Below, one piece after another: positions 47,154 to 61,479 of a stretch of 64,000 nt of DNA. The stretch is from Salpingoeca rosetta (lineage: Eukaryota; Protista; Choanoflagellata), in the NCBI GenBank assembly GCA_033442325.1, contig JAWQFM010000007.1, positions 1,840,567 to 1,904,566 of the forward strand, written 5' to 3'. Within the stretch, counting starts at the first letter, position 1, and each line of letters opens with the position of its first letter. The notes below the pieces were generated by a model. That model made no database searches. It saw only the letters and a program-made list of their open reading frames with translations, and was not told where the DNA came from. Both the position numbers and the translations under genes were made by a program.

Positions 47154-48437
47154 ATGGCACAGCGACAGCTGCGGAAGCTGGTAGGGATGGAGGATGTGTT
47201 GTCTGTATGTGGGGGGGGGGGGCAGTGATTGCAGCGCACGTCACACTCGCATATGCACACACCTTGTCAATAGTACACACAGACACACGCATGCACTCAC
47301 ACACACACACAATGACAACGGTAACGGTCGTGTTATTCTTGTTGTTGCTGCTAGCCCACCTCACCACCACCAACCATGTCATCACTCACTGCTGCACACC
47401 GTGCCACCACCCCCAACATCGCAGACGAGTGACTTTGACGAGCACTCAAAGGGTGTGGAGGAACGGCTGCGACAGCGCCGGTTGGAGCGGGAGCGCAGGC
47501 TCAAGCAGCAGCGCGCCCAGATGCAACAGCTGGATGCCAAAGCATCTGCCGTCCTGAGCTCCACCAGTGCCACAACAAGCCGCACTGCCACGGGAACCAC
47601 TCCGTCCACCTCGTATCGGTCCTCCTACACGTCGACGACGTCATTGTACTCATCGCCCAGAGCCACCTACTCGTCTTCGCGAACATACACGCCAGCGAGC
47701 ACACGCCTCGGCCGCCCTCAACCAACAGGCACCTCCACGCCTAGTAGCACCAGCACCACCAGCAGCAGGCGTGGGTACCCTGGTGATGACGGCATTGGCA
47801 CACCGCCAGCCCGCTTGGTGGGGCGCACATCTGCGTCATCGTCGTCGTCATCACTCACGTCGGCGCCCCGCGCCCCCGTCCTGGCCGAGGTCCGCCCGTC
47901 CTCCCGCGAGGCGTCCAGCTCACGCCGCCGGAAGTCCTCGTCCTCGTCATCCGCCGAGCACACGCCGCACTACCTCACGCCAACGCAGGCCAGCCTGCGG
48001 CGTGCCAACCGCAGCCCAACGGCCTCCGCGTCCAGCTCCACCACATCCATCACCGTCCCGGCCAGTGCAACGACGCCTGTTCGCGCGTCCCGCACAAGCA
48101 GCGCCACGAACCTGCGCAAACCTGGCAGTGGCAGCGGCAGTGGCAGCAACAGGAGCAGCACACGCGACAGCCGGAGCGGCAGTGGCACTGCGAGCGGCAA
48201 CAACAGCGGTCGGACAACACCGCGTGCCACTGCCGCTGCTGCCACGCCGCCTGCAGGTTCGAACGAGCACAGCCGGCCCTCGTCGTCATCGTCATCTGTG
48301 GAGGGTGCCGAGGCGTGCTGCCGACGACTGGCATCCATCACCGCTGATCTTGAACGCCGACATGGCATGCGCACCAAGCAACTTGGCAACATCCTCAAGT
48401 GAGGCCGGTGGAGTGTGGTGGTGGTGGTGGTGGTGGT

Positions 48438-48528
<91 letters not shown>

Positions 48529-49417
48529 CATGCTTTACGCCATATCCCAGTAACCGCCCTTAACCATTTTGCGACCAACCGGGCACCTTTGGCATTCATC
48601 TCCATCACATCGCACTATGCTTCAGGGACGTGTTTGAGGAGACGGGTGTGCAGTCGCCGCGACGGGCAACACCTGGTACGCGCCTGCATCGCAGCAGCAA
48701 CACGGCCGTCAGCTCACCGCCACCACCGCCGGTGTTTGATGAGCACGTCGCTGCTGATACGGACAGCGATGGTGCTGGCAGCAGTGCAAACAGCAGCAAC
48801 CGCCCATCTGCCCTCTCCTCCAGACAAGGGTCGCTCACAGGTACGTTTTCGTGTGTGCGCGCTTGTGTGTGTGTGCTGTGTGTGTGCTGTGTGGTGCTTC
48901 TGTGTGTTGTAGTTGCGTACGTGTTTATGCTCATGCTCACACAAATACGCACGTACTTATTGTGTGACTTCCCCTGTCCACTTTGTGCGTGTGCGCGTGT
49001 GTGCGCAGACAAACAGCAGAAGAAGGTCACGTTTGCTGAGCGCCTTGTGGAGGAAAACGTCTTTGCCATCCCGTACGTGTCACGCAGTCATGTGTGCACC
49101 TATTGTCTGCCCGTGAACGTGAAAGTCATTGGTGCTTACTCGCTCACCTATGTTGTGTCTGCATGTGTGCGTGCGTGCGTGTATGTGTGTGTGTGTATGT
49201 TTGTGTGCTTGTGCTTGTGTGTTTGTGTGCAGTTCGCCAAACCAATCGCCAAACACGTCGCGCGTGGCACCTAAGGTGTGTAGAATAGTTTGGAGGGGTG
49301 GCATGCGGTGTTCGTGAGGTCATGGTTGGCATGGTTTTACATGCATGTGCCCTACACATTTGATTCGCACGCAAGAACACACAACCACATGTAACCTCGC
49401 ACACCACGCCTTTCCCA

Positions 49418-49448
<31 letters not shown>

Positions 49449-49579
49449 CTCATTCACAGCCGCCGAAAGCGTCTGATGCCGAGGACTTGGATGCGCTGCT
49501 CGCTGGAGAGAATCTCACCGATGCAGGTGATGTGTTGTGATGTGTTGTGATGTGCAGGCGGAGCAGTGTGACACGACCG

Positions 49580-49654
<75 letters not shown>

Positions 49655-49659
49655 CGTCG

Positions 49660-49717
<58 letters not shown>

Positions 49718-49779
49718 CGTCGTTGTTGTTGTTGTGGTTGTGGTTGGTACATGTTGCCTCTCCCATGGCTTCTCATCAG

Positions 49780-49823
<44 letters not shown>

Positions 49824-52800
49824 ACATGCCCATCCTCGCAGAAACGTCCGTGCTCCTTGCTGAGCTGGACATTGAAGAGGAAGTCATTTCCACATCTCCA
49901 CGCGCCAAGACCGGTGATGACGACGACGAGTGCAAGTTGACAGCAGCTGACACGAACGATGTGTCTGCGTCAACATCATCATCAGCATCAGCCGCGTCGC
50001 GTGGTGTTGTGAGCGGCGTGCGCACACCCGCGGCTGAACAGCGTGATCTTCGCAATGTTCTCTCCAGTGCACGCAAGCAGCAGCATCAGCAGCAGCCAGA
50101 GCGTGAATTGGACGCCAGAGAGGAAGGAGGCGATGACTGGCGGGCGGAGGTGGAGCAACGAGCGCGCAACAAGCAGCAGCAGCAGCAGCAGGCACAGAAG
50201 GAGGTGGGTATTGGTGTGTTGGGAAGGAGAAGATTGGTGTATGTGTGAGGGTGTGGATGGGTGGAACACATGTGCCGTCTGACACCTTTGATGATGTCTT
50301 GCCTTCGTCTTCGCGCCCTCACACCCGTTGATACCACACTCACTCCCTCACTCACTCACACCCTCACACACACACACTCTCTCTCTCTCTCTCTCTCACC
50401 AAACCACGGCTGCAGCTGTCCACGGCTGTGTCGCACATTGAGGACCGAGACGAGCGGCGTCGGGCGAAGCGAAACCTGCGGCGCCAGCAGCAGAAACAGG
50501 CACTCGATATGCAGACAGCAAAGGCCGAGCAGGTGGTGCCATGGGGAGGGGGTGTACATTTTGGGTGTGTGCCGTGCAATCGCTTTATGTACGTGTGTAC
50601 ATTTTATCTTTTATTGCCACAGGCAGTTATTCGATTTTTGCTTGTGGGCGCGTGTGTTATGTGTGGCTCATAGTGTGTTGCTGTCTTCGGAGGTTGCGCG
50701 TGGTGCCACCAGCTCACATCTGTTGCCTGCTCTGCACATTAGAGCCGCCAACGCCTTCGCGACAACGTGGATCAACCTTCCTCCCTTGCCAAGTGCGATT
50801 ATCCTGATGTGAAAAAGCGCATGGCGTGTTTGTTTTCGAGACAATTTCAAATGCTCACGCCATCTGTAACATGCCCTCTCTCGCGGAGCCCTACACTCAC
50901 ACTCACTCGCTCACTTAATCACTCACTCACTCACTCAATCACTCACTCACTCAATCACTCACTCACTCAATCACTCACTCACTCAATCACTCGTACGCAC
51001 ACTTGCAGGCCTGTTTCCGCAGCGACGCCAGCTGCCACCAAGAAGCCTGCCGCGGCGGCGGCAGCCGCATCACGCCAGCCGGCACGTGCTGGCCCAACCA
51101 AGCGCAGCCATAATGATGATGACGATGATGACATGTGGGCAGAGGCACAGGCAGAGCTCACTGCAGACCCAGACATGGACCTGTACGTATGTCCGTGCGT
51201 GCGTGTGTGTGTGTTTGTGTGTGTCTGCTTGTGTGTCTGTGTGTCTGCTTGTCTGTCTGTGTCTGTGTGTCTGCTTGTCTGTCTGTGTGTGTGTGTCTGC
51301 TTGTCTGTCTCTATATGTGCCTGCATTGCTGTGTTGTTGTGCTGTGCATGTCGGCGCTCCCACGATCACGTCGCCATCGCCTACCCGTGACACGCATCAC
51401 TTCACATGTTGTGCCCGACCAACCAGAAGCGACATTCTGGACCACACATCGGCCGCTGAGTCTGCCATCACCACCACCACCGCCACCAGGCCATCAGCCA
51501 CCAGCGGTGGTGCCAAGTCTCCGCAGATCAGCGGCTACGACGACGTGTGCCGTGACGCCAACATGCTCGACCACAGCGCCCAGCGCGCTCGCATCGAGCT
51601 GGCGCAGCAGCGCAACGTCCGCTCTCGCAGCAACACCGTCGGCTCTCCACGCACCGCCCGACAAAACGCAGGTCACCGCCACCACCACCAGCACCACCAG
51701 CACGAGCACCGGCAGCAGAAGACGGATGTGTCGGCACGAGCAGGCCCTGGTCGCCACATCACAGTGTCTGGTACAGACGCAAAGAAGGAGTTTGCAGGCC
51801 ACTCGCTCGCGTACATGATGAACCAGCAGGCGATGCACGGGCGCGATGAACTGCGCACAACAGGTGCCCGTCTCACGCCCACAGGTCAGCCCGAACTGAA
51901 CCGCACGCACTTCCAACGCCAGCCGTCGCTCTATCGCGTGTGCGGACGCGTGCGCGCGTGCATGCAGCGGTTGCCCCTGCACTTTTCCTCGCTCTCGCAG
52001 CGTGAGTGCTTTGTGCTGGACGCCGTGGGCACGCTCTACGTGTGGGAGGGGCAGACGAGCAAGCGCGTGACGCGGGCGTTTGCACACTCCATTGCCATTG
52101 ACATCAGCGACGAGGAGTATGGCACGCGCGCATCCATCCACAAGGTGCATGGCGACTCGCCAGCGGACCACCACCTGCAAGCACTGCAACGCGTGCTGGA
52201 GGGCGACGTGGAGCACATTGGCACCGGCACCAACACTGACACCCACACCCGCACTGGGACTGAAGCTGCGACGACCAGCAGCGATGCTGACGACGGCGGC
52301 GATGCAGCTGCGCTGGCGTACATGCGCGGGTGTCAGCTGTATGATGTTGTGGGCTCACCTGTCATGCTGTCGTCTGGACGGGAGATGAGCCGCCTGCAAC
52401 TGGTGTCGGCCAAGGCGTTTGCTGTCGTGTGCCCGGACGAAGTGTACCTCTGGCTTGGCTCCCGGTTCGACAAGAGCCTGCACGCACCGGCGCAGAGCAT
52501 GGTGGACACGCTCCGTGGCGACCGCCCGGTCTTTGTTGAGCGCGAGGGGCTCGAGTCCATCATCTTCAGGCACAAGTTTGCACACTGGGCAGACGTGCAC
52601 AAGGAGTACTTTTCCGCAGACGATGACGACGACCATACTGGGGCAGGCATCAGCAACAACAAGCCCGCCAACGCCAGCAGCAATAACACGAGCAACGTAC
52701 CGCGCTTCGCAAGTGTTCAGATGCCGCTGCGTGACACCGGTGGTCGTGGCCACGGTGATTCCCACATTGGCCACTTCGGCGAGGAAGCGCAGCACGCCCT

Positions 52801-53513
52801 TGAGTCAGAGCGCACGCATTCCGAGGCTGTCTTGGGTGGGAAGCACGCGCCAACATCTTCATCATCATCACACCGCCGCCACCACGATGACGATGACGAC
52901 GACGACAACAACAACAACACTCTTCGCGACAGGCATGCGCGCTCTGCTGTCTCCGCGTCGGCGAGTGCTGGCACAGTGTCCTCCAATACGCGACGTGCCT
53001 CGTCAACATCCTCCACGCCAGGGCGGTCGTTCCCAAGCCGAGCTGAGCGCACGCACTTCTACACGTATGACCAGCTCACGGCCATGCAGCGGCTGGGGCG
53101 GATGCCCGAAGACGTGGACCCTACGGCGCCGGAGCAAGCCCTCACCCGCCGAGACTTTCTCGAGTGCTTTGGAATGACACCAGAGGACTTTGCATGTGGG
53201 TTTCATAAAGAGGCGTGTGTAGGGTTGGTAGAGGTGGCAGTGTGTGTTTTTTTATTTTGTTTGGGGGTGTTGTTTGTGCTTGTTTGCTGTTTTGTGAGTC
53301 GTTACCCGTTGTCTGAACCTGCTTGTTTTGATTGCTTGTTTGATTGCTTGTTTGATTGCTTGTTGCTTGCTTGTTTGATTGCTTGTCGCGCCCCTGCTCG
53401 CCGACCACTCACCGTGTGTTTCCCCCTTGCACATTTTCCGCGATGCGACAGACCTGCCGCGTTGGAGCCGCATGCAGCAGAGCAAGCGCGTGTTCTTGCA
53501 GAGCGACGCTTGA
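47154..53513 (+). CDS. Villin/supervillin-like actin-binding protein: long disordered N-terminus, ~2 gelsolin repeats, villin headpiece
   Basis: Gelsolin repeats 'SLSQRECFVLDAVGTLYVWEG' and 'EVYLWLGS...EREGLESIIFRHKFAHW'. Headpiece 'YTYDQL...PEDVDPTAPEQALTRRDFLECFGMTPEDFA|YLPRWSRMQQSKRVFL'. It is not certain that the 5' exons belong to the same gene. Confidence 0.78.
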
Positions 53514-54335
53514 GACAGACAACGGGTGGGAAGAATGGGCGAGGGAAAAGGGGAAGGAAGAGGGGTTGATGGGGGTGGATGGGGTGGGTGAGGCTGGTGA
53601 GAAATGTACGCTTGAGCGGCAGCCACCACGCACGCCAACAACAGCAACAGCACTGATGGCGTGTCGGTTGGTTGCGTTGAGAATCGGAGAATTGGGGGAG
53701 ACTTGATGCTTTGCTTGTCTGCGCTTTCTTGTGCCTGTGCGTTTTCTGTGCCTGCGTTTTGCTTGCAGACAGTGGATTGCTGAATTTGACTCTTGTGGTG
53801 GAGTAGATGGTGCTTTGTCACACAACAGGGCAGCTTTCTTGTCATGTCGTTGTTGTACCATGCCATGCCATGTCGTTTCGTGGGGCATGAGTGAAAGCTG
53901 AAGGCTGACGAGTGTTGTGCGCGCTGGTGGGCTCAAAGGGAATGTGCGTGCGGAAGGCGAAAGCGCTGAGGGACAAACTTCATACAACGACAACAACAAC
54001 AATATGGCAAACAAAGAAAAAGAAAAAATGAGCACTGAGTGCTGCACTGAATGCTGCACTGTAGTTGCTGTGTGTGGACTTGCTGCTTCCACGCGTAGTT
54101 GAAGCTCAAACACAACAAAGCAAGCCGTCCCAAGCTTCGGTATGTGTCTGCTCGCATTTGTTTTGTGTTATTATTGTTGGCGACAAACCTATGGCGACTG
54201 GCTGGTCAAATTTCATATCATACATTCACAATGCAAATCATTTAATGTTCTCACACACATGACGTCATGGTCATTTCAACTCCGCTTTTGAAAGAACGAC
54301 ATACGACGCATGATCATCAAGGCGGGGGTTTTTTT

Positions 54336-57300
54336 TCACGCTTCGCTATCGGTAAGCGCCATCGCGTCTCCTGCGTCCTGGCCTGTCTGCTCTGTGCCCT
54401 GATGAACATGTGCACAGTCGAGCACATTGGATAGATCATGCACAAGAACAGCTTCGTCAGGCCACACGGAAACAGCGTACCTGCCGTCTGGCGACATGCG
54501 GAAGTGACAGGCGCCCGTCCGAACGCCGTCGTGGCCCAACACCCGCGAGGTCACCTCAAATGTAGCCGCGTCTAACAGCTCAACGCCGCCAAATACAGGC
54601 ACGACCAGATATCGCCCGCTCGGGTGGGCGAGGATCCAGCTCACGTGCCGAGTTGTGCTGTGTATCAGGTTGCCAGAGAGATCCCAACACTTGACAAAGT
54701 GGCGCGTGTCGTTGGAACAGGACGTGGCGAGGGTTTGCTGTTCTGGCAACAGCGCAATGCTGACGTTATGTCCTTGCTCGGAGCCCACGTCCTCGGCTGC
54801 CCACATGGCATGTGGCTCCTCCGCATCCAGCCGCCACACTCGAATGCGCACCAGATCATCAGCCGTGATCAGCACCATCTCATCGTCGCTCTGGCAGCTG
54901 CCGTCCGCGTGCTGACGACCAGTATCCCTGACAATGCACCACCTGACCGCCACCACACCGCGTCCCTCGTGTTGAAACACACGCACAAGCTCGCAGTGGC
55001 CAGCGTCCGTCATTCTCCAGCGCCGCGCCGTGCCATCCTGCGATGCAGTCACAAACTCGCGCACCTGCGGATATTGTGGATGCCACGCGACGTCTCGAAG
55101 CGCCGCTGTGTGGTAGCGGTCCGTTGTTTCAGCGCCATCGGCATGTCCAAACACAACTTGGCAGTCTGGCAAGCGCAAGACGCACATGGAGCCTAAGTCG
55201 TTTGCGCTAATGACGAGGTCGCTCGTGGGCGAGAAGAACGTTTCTGTCGCACCATGGCGCCAGTCCTCCGAGTGGTCAAACACGTCCTCATGCGCAGTGC
55301 ATGTTGCGACGTCGACGATGCTCACATCTGAGCAGTCCACGGGCGCGCACACGGCGAAGCGGCCATCTGGGCTCAACTCCACGTGCTGTACACCCTCTTC
55401 GAAGCTTGAGACATCCACAGCCTTGAGACACTTGAGCGTTGCTGCGTCTCGCACCTCAATTCGGGAACAATCGCCTGCAATCGTGTACACGGAGTTTGGC
55501 GTGCCGTCCATGCACGCAACGCAGGGTGGCAGTAGAGACTTTGGTACCGGGGCAGTGTCCTCGCTTGGTGGCGTGCTGTGCGTTGCGTTCACACCAGTCA
55601 GGCTCAGCACGGTGATGTGCGTGAAACCAGCCGTTGCGAGCAGTGTTCCATCCGGCGAGATGGCCTGCTCGCCCACCTCCACCGGCGACATGGTCCATAC
55701 GTGTGTGAGCGTTTCCACGTCGTAGAAGGACAGCACCTCCGTGACGAGGCTCACGGCCGCAAGTGTGCCCTGCTTCAACAGGGACAGACCAGCCGGTTTT
55801 GTGGCGAGTTCAACCTGGGCAAGGACGGTTCCATCTGCCCTGACTTTGAAAAGGCTCTGTCCAGAAACGGCAACCACGTCGAGGGAGTCTGGCAGAAGGC
55901 ACGTTCGCCGGATTTCCCACAGTCGTCCGCACTTTGAAGGGGTGAAGCGTGCTGTCTCCGTGAGCTTGCCTTCAACGGGTTCTTGAAAAGGTGGCTGGGA
56001 GGAAGGGGAAGTGGAGGGGGTGGTGGTGGTGGTGGTGGTGGTGACGTGTGTCACAGCAGGTGCGCCTTCCAGCGTGTACCAAACGATGCTGCCGCTTTCG
56101 GTTGTAGCGACCAATGTCGTGCCACGAAGCTCCGCCCGAATCAGCGTGTCCTTCACAGTTGCTCGCCACAAGCACCGAGTGATGTTGGTGTCGAACAGCA
56201 ACACCGAAGATGGATTATCTGTCTTGCAATCATCCCCGAACCACGTCATTGGTTGTGCATCGTCGTCAGCGCTCGCGGGCCCCTGGCTGCTGCAAATGGA
56301 TCTGTCATCATCACTCTCCTCACCTGAATGACTCGCTTGAGCTGCATTACTCTCCTCACCTGCATTACTCGTCTCACCTGAATCATTCTCCCCATCCTTC
56401 TCACCTGCATCATTCTCCTCCCTATCATCGCCTGCATCACTGCTGTTTGCCTCATCGCCAGCTTCGACATTGCCGCCTTCAACATCACTGCCTGATGAAT
56501 CGTTCGCACTCACAACGTCATCATCATCGTCATCATCATCATCATCGTCGTCGTCGTCGTCGTCGTCGCTGTCATCCTCAACAAGCTCCGCCACGCTGAT
56601 GGCGTCGTCTGCGTTTGCGTCTGCGTCGCACAGCGCCAGTACCACCGTGTCGCCATCAGCCATGGCAAGCTGTCGGAAGAACAGCTCCTCTCCATTCAAC
56701 ACGTCAAACGTGTGGACAAGCTCACGTGTCTTGAGATCCCACACCCAAAGTGGCGCTGGTTCGTCAGACAAGATGGCTCCAGTCACACAGGCTGTCACAA
56801 CATGGCCGTTTGGAAGGTGCAGCATGCGACAGATCTTGGCGTTTTCATCAGGCATGGTGAGCTTTGTTACGGGGGTGCCGGACGTTGCCTCCCACACGCG
56901 CAACTGCCCCGTGTCACCACCACTGCACAGCCACTCCCCATCACGCGTGAACAAAAGACGGCGCTCGTAGTCCGGTGGGCCCGGAAACACGGCAACACGT
57001 CGTTCAAGCTCCTGCGACTTGTTATGCTGTCGAACACGGGGCAGGCGACACGCTGGCGCCGACAGCACGGTGTCTGCCGCCTGGAACACGGCCGTCCAGT
57101 CTGGGAACAGCGACGCACGTGCAACAACTGCATCCGGGGTTCGCTCGAAAATGTGGGCATTGGCCGTCACAAACCGCACCCAAACATCAACACCTTCCTC
57201 CTGCTCCTGCTCCCCCTCCACTGCGCATGCGCGGGCACCAGCTTGAAGCCGCACCATGTCACTGCACAGCTCGTGCACCATCCCCGCTGTCGCCTTGGCC

Positions 57301-59974
57301 TCGATGAACTCGAGGTTGCACAGGATTGTCGCGCACTCCTCCCACCGCTGCGCGTGCATGAGGTGGAACGGCAGCACGGCCACCTTTCGCGCGTTGACCA
57401 CAACACCGGAGCGCGGGTCATCGAGCCGACCAGCCAGCACCGTCTTCATGGANNNNNNNNNNNNNNNNNNNNNNNNNNNNNNNNNNNNNNNNNNNNNNNN
57501 NNNNNNNNNNNNNNNNNNNNNNNNNNNNNNNNNNNNNNNNNNNNNNNNNNNNGGTGGTGGTGGAAGTGGAGGCTGCGGTGGTAGTGGTCGTGGACGAGGA
57601 CGTGGTGACATCACCAGCACCATCACCGTTACCGTCGCTATCATCACCCGTGTCAGCACCAGCACCACTGCGTGAGTTGAGGCCAAGGTAGCGTCGCTCT
57701 GCTGCCTCGCGGTGCTGCCGGTGGTACCATGCGCGGACAGTGACGCCGCCCTCAGCGCCACGCTCCACCAACGCGCCCTCCATGTCAGACACGATGCGTG
57801 CCCAGATGAGCGGGGGCACGCGGCGGACGGGCGGCACCCACCACTCGTAGATCTCGTCCAGAACGGTGTCGTTGCAGGACAGCAGATCCTCCATCTCGTT
57901 GTCGCTCAGCCCACCGCGCGAGGCAGAGAGGTACCCGAGCGCTGCTCGCACCGTTTCCTTGCCATGTCGCGTCTCCAGCTCATCAAAAACCTTCTCCATC
58001 AGGCCCTCCACCGTCTTGGGAAAGAAGTCGGGTGCAATTGCGTCCGTGTGGGTCCAGCGAAGCGCAAAGAACTGCGTGCAGATGCGGAGGTACAGCGGTG
58101 TGGGGCAGGACTCGTAGGCGCCCAGCACAACACTGCGCTGTGCAGGGGTGAGGGACCGCTTGGCATCGGCCAGCCACGTGCTCAGGATGCCGTCTGCGTC
58201 ATCTTTGCTGATCTTGGCCACGTGCTGCTGGTTGGTGTCTGGCAGCGTGGCCTTAAGCACCTCCCAGCATCCGCCCACATCCGGCAGACTGGAGATAACG
58301 ATGGCACAGTTCGGCGGCAGCGATGCGAGCGGCAGCCAGTCCAGGTTGCGGCCCTGGTCCTCGTCTGAGAGCTGGTCAAGCGAGTCCAGCACGAGCACCA
58401 ACGGTTTGCGAGCAGTGCCAAGCTTGAGGGCGGCCTGGAATTGCTTGGTCAGCTTCTCAAAGTCGGCTGCTGGCGCTGCTGCTGGCTCCTTTCCTTTGAT
58501 GCGCGGTGGATATGGCGGTACACGTTGGCCATCAGGGTGCGAGCAGCGCCGCTCTCCCGCGACGTGCCCAGGAACCGCGACACCACAACGGCAGCTGGGT
58601 GGGCTTCCTTGATGACACCTATGGCGTGTGTGTGTATGTATGTATGTGATTGAGTGTGTGTGTGTGTATGGTTGTGAGCGTGTGTGTGAGCACATGACGA
58701 AACAGAAGAAAGCGGAACGCATCCCACAATGAGGACATGCATGAAGGCAAGCACAACAAGAGACATTCGCATGCACGCACGCATGCACACACACACACGC
58801 ACACACAACGCACCTGCGATGTGAGCCATTAGTGAGGTCTTGCCACTGCCAGATGGGCCACAGATGGCAAACGGAGCTGCGTCCTCCTTGCCACTCGTGA
58901 TGCGCTGTTGCACGTATGCAAGGGCAGCATCAACCGTCTGCTGCGTGGCTGCTGTGGACACGAACCCACGACGCCGCAGGTTGCCGAACATGGCGTGCGC
59001 CGCCGCCTCCTCCACCACTGTATCGCTCTCAAACGCGTGCTCGCGCGCAACACGCTCAATGTCCGTCGCCAGCGTGTCGCAGAAGGCGTCGGCAAAGGTG
59101 CGCATGTACTCTGCGTGGTCGGTGCGAGCGAGGTCGATGCCTGGTCCCCATGGGATGGACATGGTCTTGATGCGAGATGGTGACAGAGCAGCCGGCACCG
59201 CCTCTGCACGCAATCGCTCCAGCAGCTGCTGCGCCTCCTCGTCCACCTCGCCATTGGTCATGTCGATGAACAGCTTGGCTGTGTCTGGGTCCGATGCAAC
59301 GTCAATGCCCTCCAGCCGCCGGTCAAAGACGAAGCACGCCTTGTCGCGCGCCTCTTTCGGCTGCACCTTGAACAGGCCGTTCTCAATCTCCTCCGCCGTC
59401 ACGCTCTGCACGTACAGGGCGCGTCGCTCATCAGACAGCCCAGGAGCTCCCGTTGCTGCCTGGCGCAGACACGTCTGCAGCGTGGGGAAGATGTCGGACC
59501 ACCACGCATCAGAGTGCTCCTTCGTCACGGGCTTGAGCTCGCGGGTCGGTGGCACGACGTTCTCATTCAGGACGAACCACTCGTCCATGTACTCCATGGC
59601 CTTGTTGAGCGCAGCTGAGGTCACAGTGGAGGCAGTTTGCTTGGCTTGCTTGACTTGTTTGGCCATTTCCTCCTTCAGCAATTTGAACTCCTCCTCGGGG
59701 ATCTTGGCTGGAAAGGGGCGGAAGCCGTACTTGTTGCCGAGGATGAGCACGTAGCTGATGCCGCTCGATTCTTGCTGGCACCTCTTGATCTCCCGCATGC
59801 AAATCTATGAAACGCGTGTGGTGTTGGGGGGTTAGGGGGTGGTCAGTGTGCGCGTTGAAGCTCAGTGAGAGTGGGAAGGGATTGTTGGATTGCAAGGTGC
59901 AACTTCATCCAGCACACACACACGCACTCGCAAACACGCACAAGCACACACACACAAGCACAAGCACAAGCACA

Positions 59975-60025
<51 letters not shown>

Positions 60026-60545
60026 CGCTGGTTTCGTGGGCGGCAGAGGCCTCGGAACGGATGCCCCAGCGCATCTCAGAGGACTGGTAGACTTGCACAC
60101 GCAGGCGCTGCCCGAGGGACTTGAGGTACGGATACACGTCCTCAATCAAGACGTTGCGCTCCATCTCCGTGTCAGTGAACGTGGAGGAGAGGAACAGGCG
60201 GATGGCCGGCTGTCGCGTGCCCAGCGTCTGGATCTCGCTGTCGGGGAGAGCGTCGCCTGTCAGCAGCTTGACAACGGTGTTTGCGGGGCGATCGCGTGGG
60301 TTCTGCCGGATGTGCAATGCTTGTGCCAGCAGTGCATGCCATGTCGCCCTCTGGTGTCGTGGTTCGCTCCAAAGCTTTTCTCTCTCCTGCTGTCCGTCAG
60401 TCGAGTCATCACGCGACTGAGTGTGCTCGCCTTCTTTCTGCTGAGCGCAGCACTCCGCTGTTGTCGAGGATCCGTACACTGACAGTGCTTGGGCATCGAC
60501 CTCACTGGCCCCATCGCTGTTCTCTTTGCTGTGTGTGCAGCCCAT
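54336..60545 (-). CDS. NWD1/NWD2-like STAND protein: DUF4062 - NACHT NTPase - WD40 repeats (apparent 1-bp frameshift ~58500; N gap inside)
   Basis: 'MGCTHS' start. DUF4062 'IRLFLSSTFTDTEMERNVL...MRWGI...CMREIKRCQ...ILGNKYG'. Walker A 'GPSGSGKTS', Walker B 'LVLVLDSLDQL', winged helix 'GLSDNEMEDLLS..DTVLD..PPVRRVPPLIW', followed by many WD repeats. Confidence 0.9.
57453..57552. other. Assembly gap (100 N)
   Basis: Run of N. Confidence 0.99.
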
Positions 60546-60929
60546 GTTGTCAAGAGCAAGAAGAGGGGGTGTGGTCTGGTCGATGGTGTCATCACTGCCA
60601 TTGCGGAAAGTCACTGCAAGACTTTACCAAGATGATGGATGACAATCACAAACAACGCATGGTGTGCTGTCGTGCTCATGCTTTGGCTTCCCCTTTGGCT
60701 TCTTTGTCTTCCATCCTCTACTACGACGACAACATTGTTGTTACATTGCATGACCTGATCCTTCAATGAACTCGAGACACTACCGAACAAACCGGTGTCA
60801 CATATCTCATCTGCTGTGGAACTCTCCACTGCACATCCCCAGTTGAAAGATCGTTTACTGTTATGTTACACCACGTTATGTTCGGATACGCGCCACACCT
60901 TTCGCTTGGACGCGCTTGAGAAAAACACA

Positions 60930-61395
60930 TCACGCGCTGATCCCACACGCACCAAGCTCCTCCTTGACACGAAGCAAGTACGTTGCATCCGGGTATCCAA
61001 AGGGGCCCCTTCCAATGTACGTCTGTACAGATCATCCAAGGATGCGCGTGTGTATGTGCGTGTGTGCATATGTGTGTGCATGTGTGGACGTGTGTGATTC
61101 GGTGCAAGGCGATGGAGTAAAGTTGAAGACCCCGAACACACAGACACACACACACACACACACACAACACACACACACACACTCCCCCTACCTTGTGGTG
61201 GATGCCGTTCCAGACGACGGTGTTTGAGACACCTGTTGTAATTGATGTGCCAACTCGGAAAATGACCCTTCGATCGAATGCCACTTGTAGCAGCGCCAGC
61301 ACCTCGCGGCCTTGTTTGTTGTTGGGCAGATACGCCACCCTGTATGTGCCCGAGTACATGCAGCCGGGATGCTCGTGCCGCTCGTCTTGCCGACC

Positions 61396-61479
<84 letters not shown>

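Noticed and set aside
54320-54336. GC run followed by a T tract, resembling a rho-independent terminator
   Set aside because: There is no convincing stem, and the context is eukaryotic, between convergent 3' ends.
58480-58510. Programmed ribosomal frameshift in the NACHT gene
   Set aside because: No canonical X XXY YYZ slippery site is evident, and similar indels elsewhere point to assembly error.
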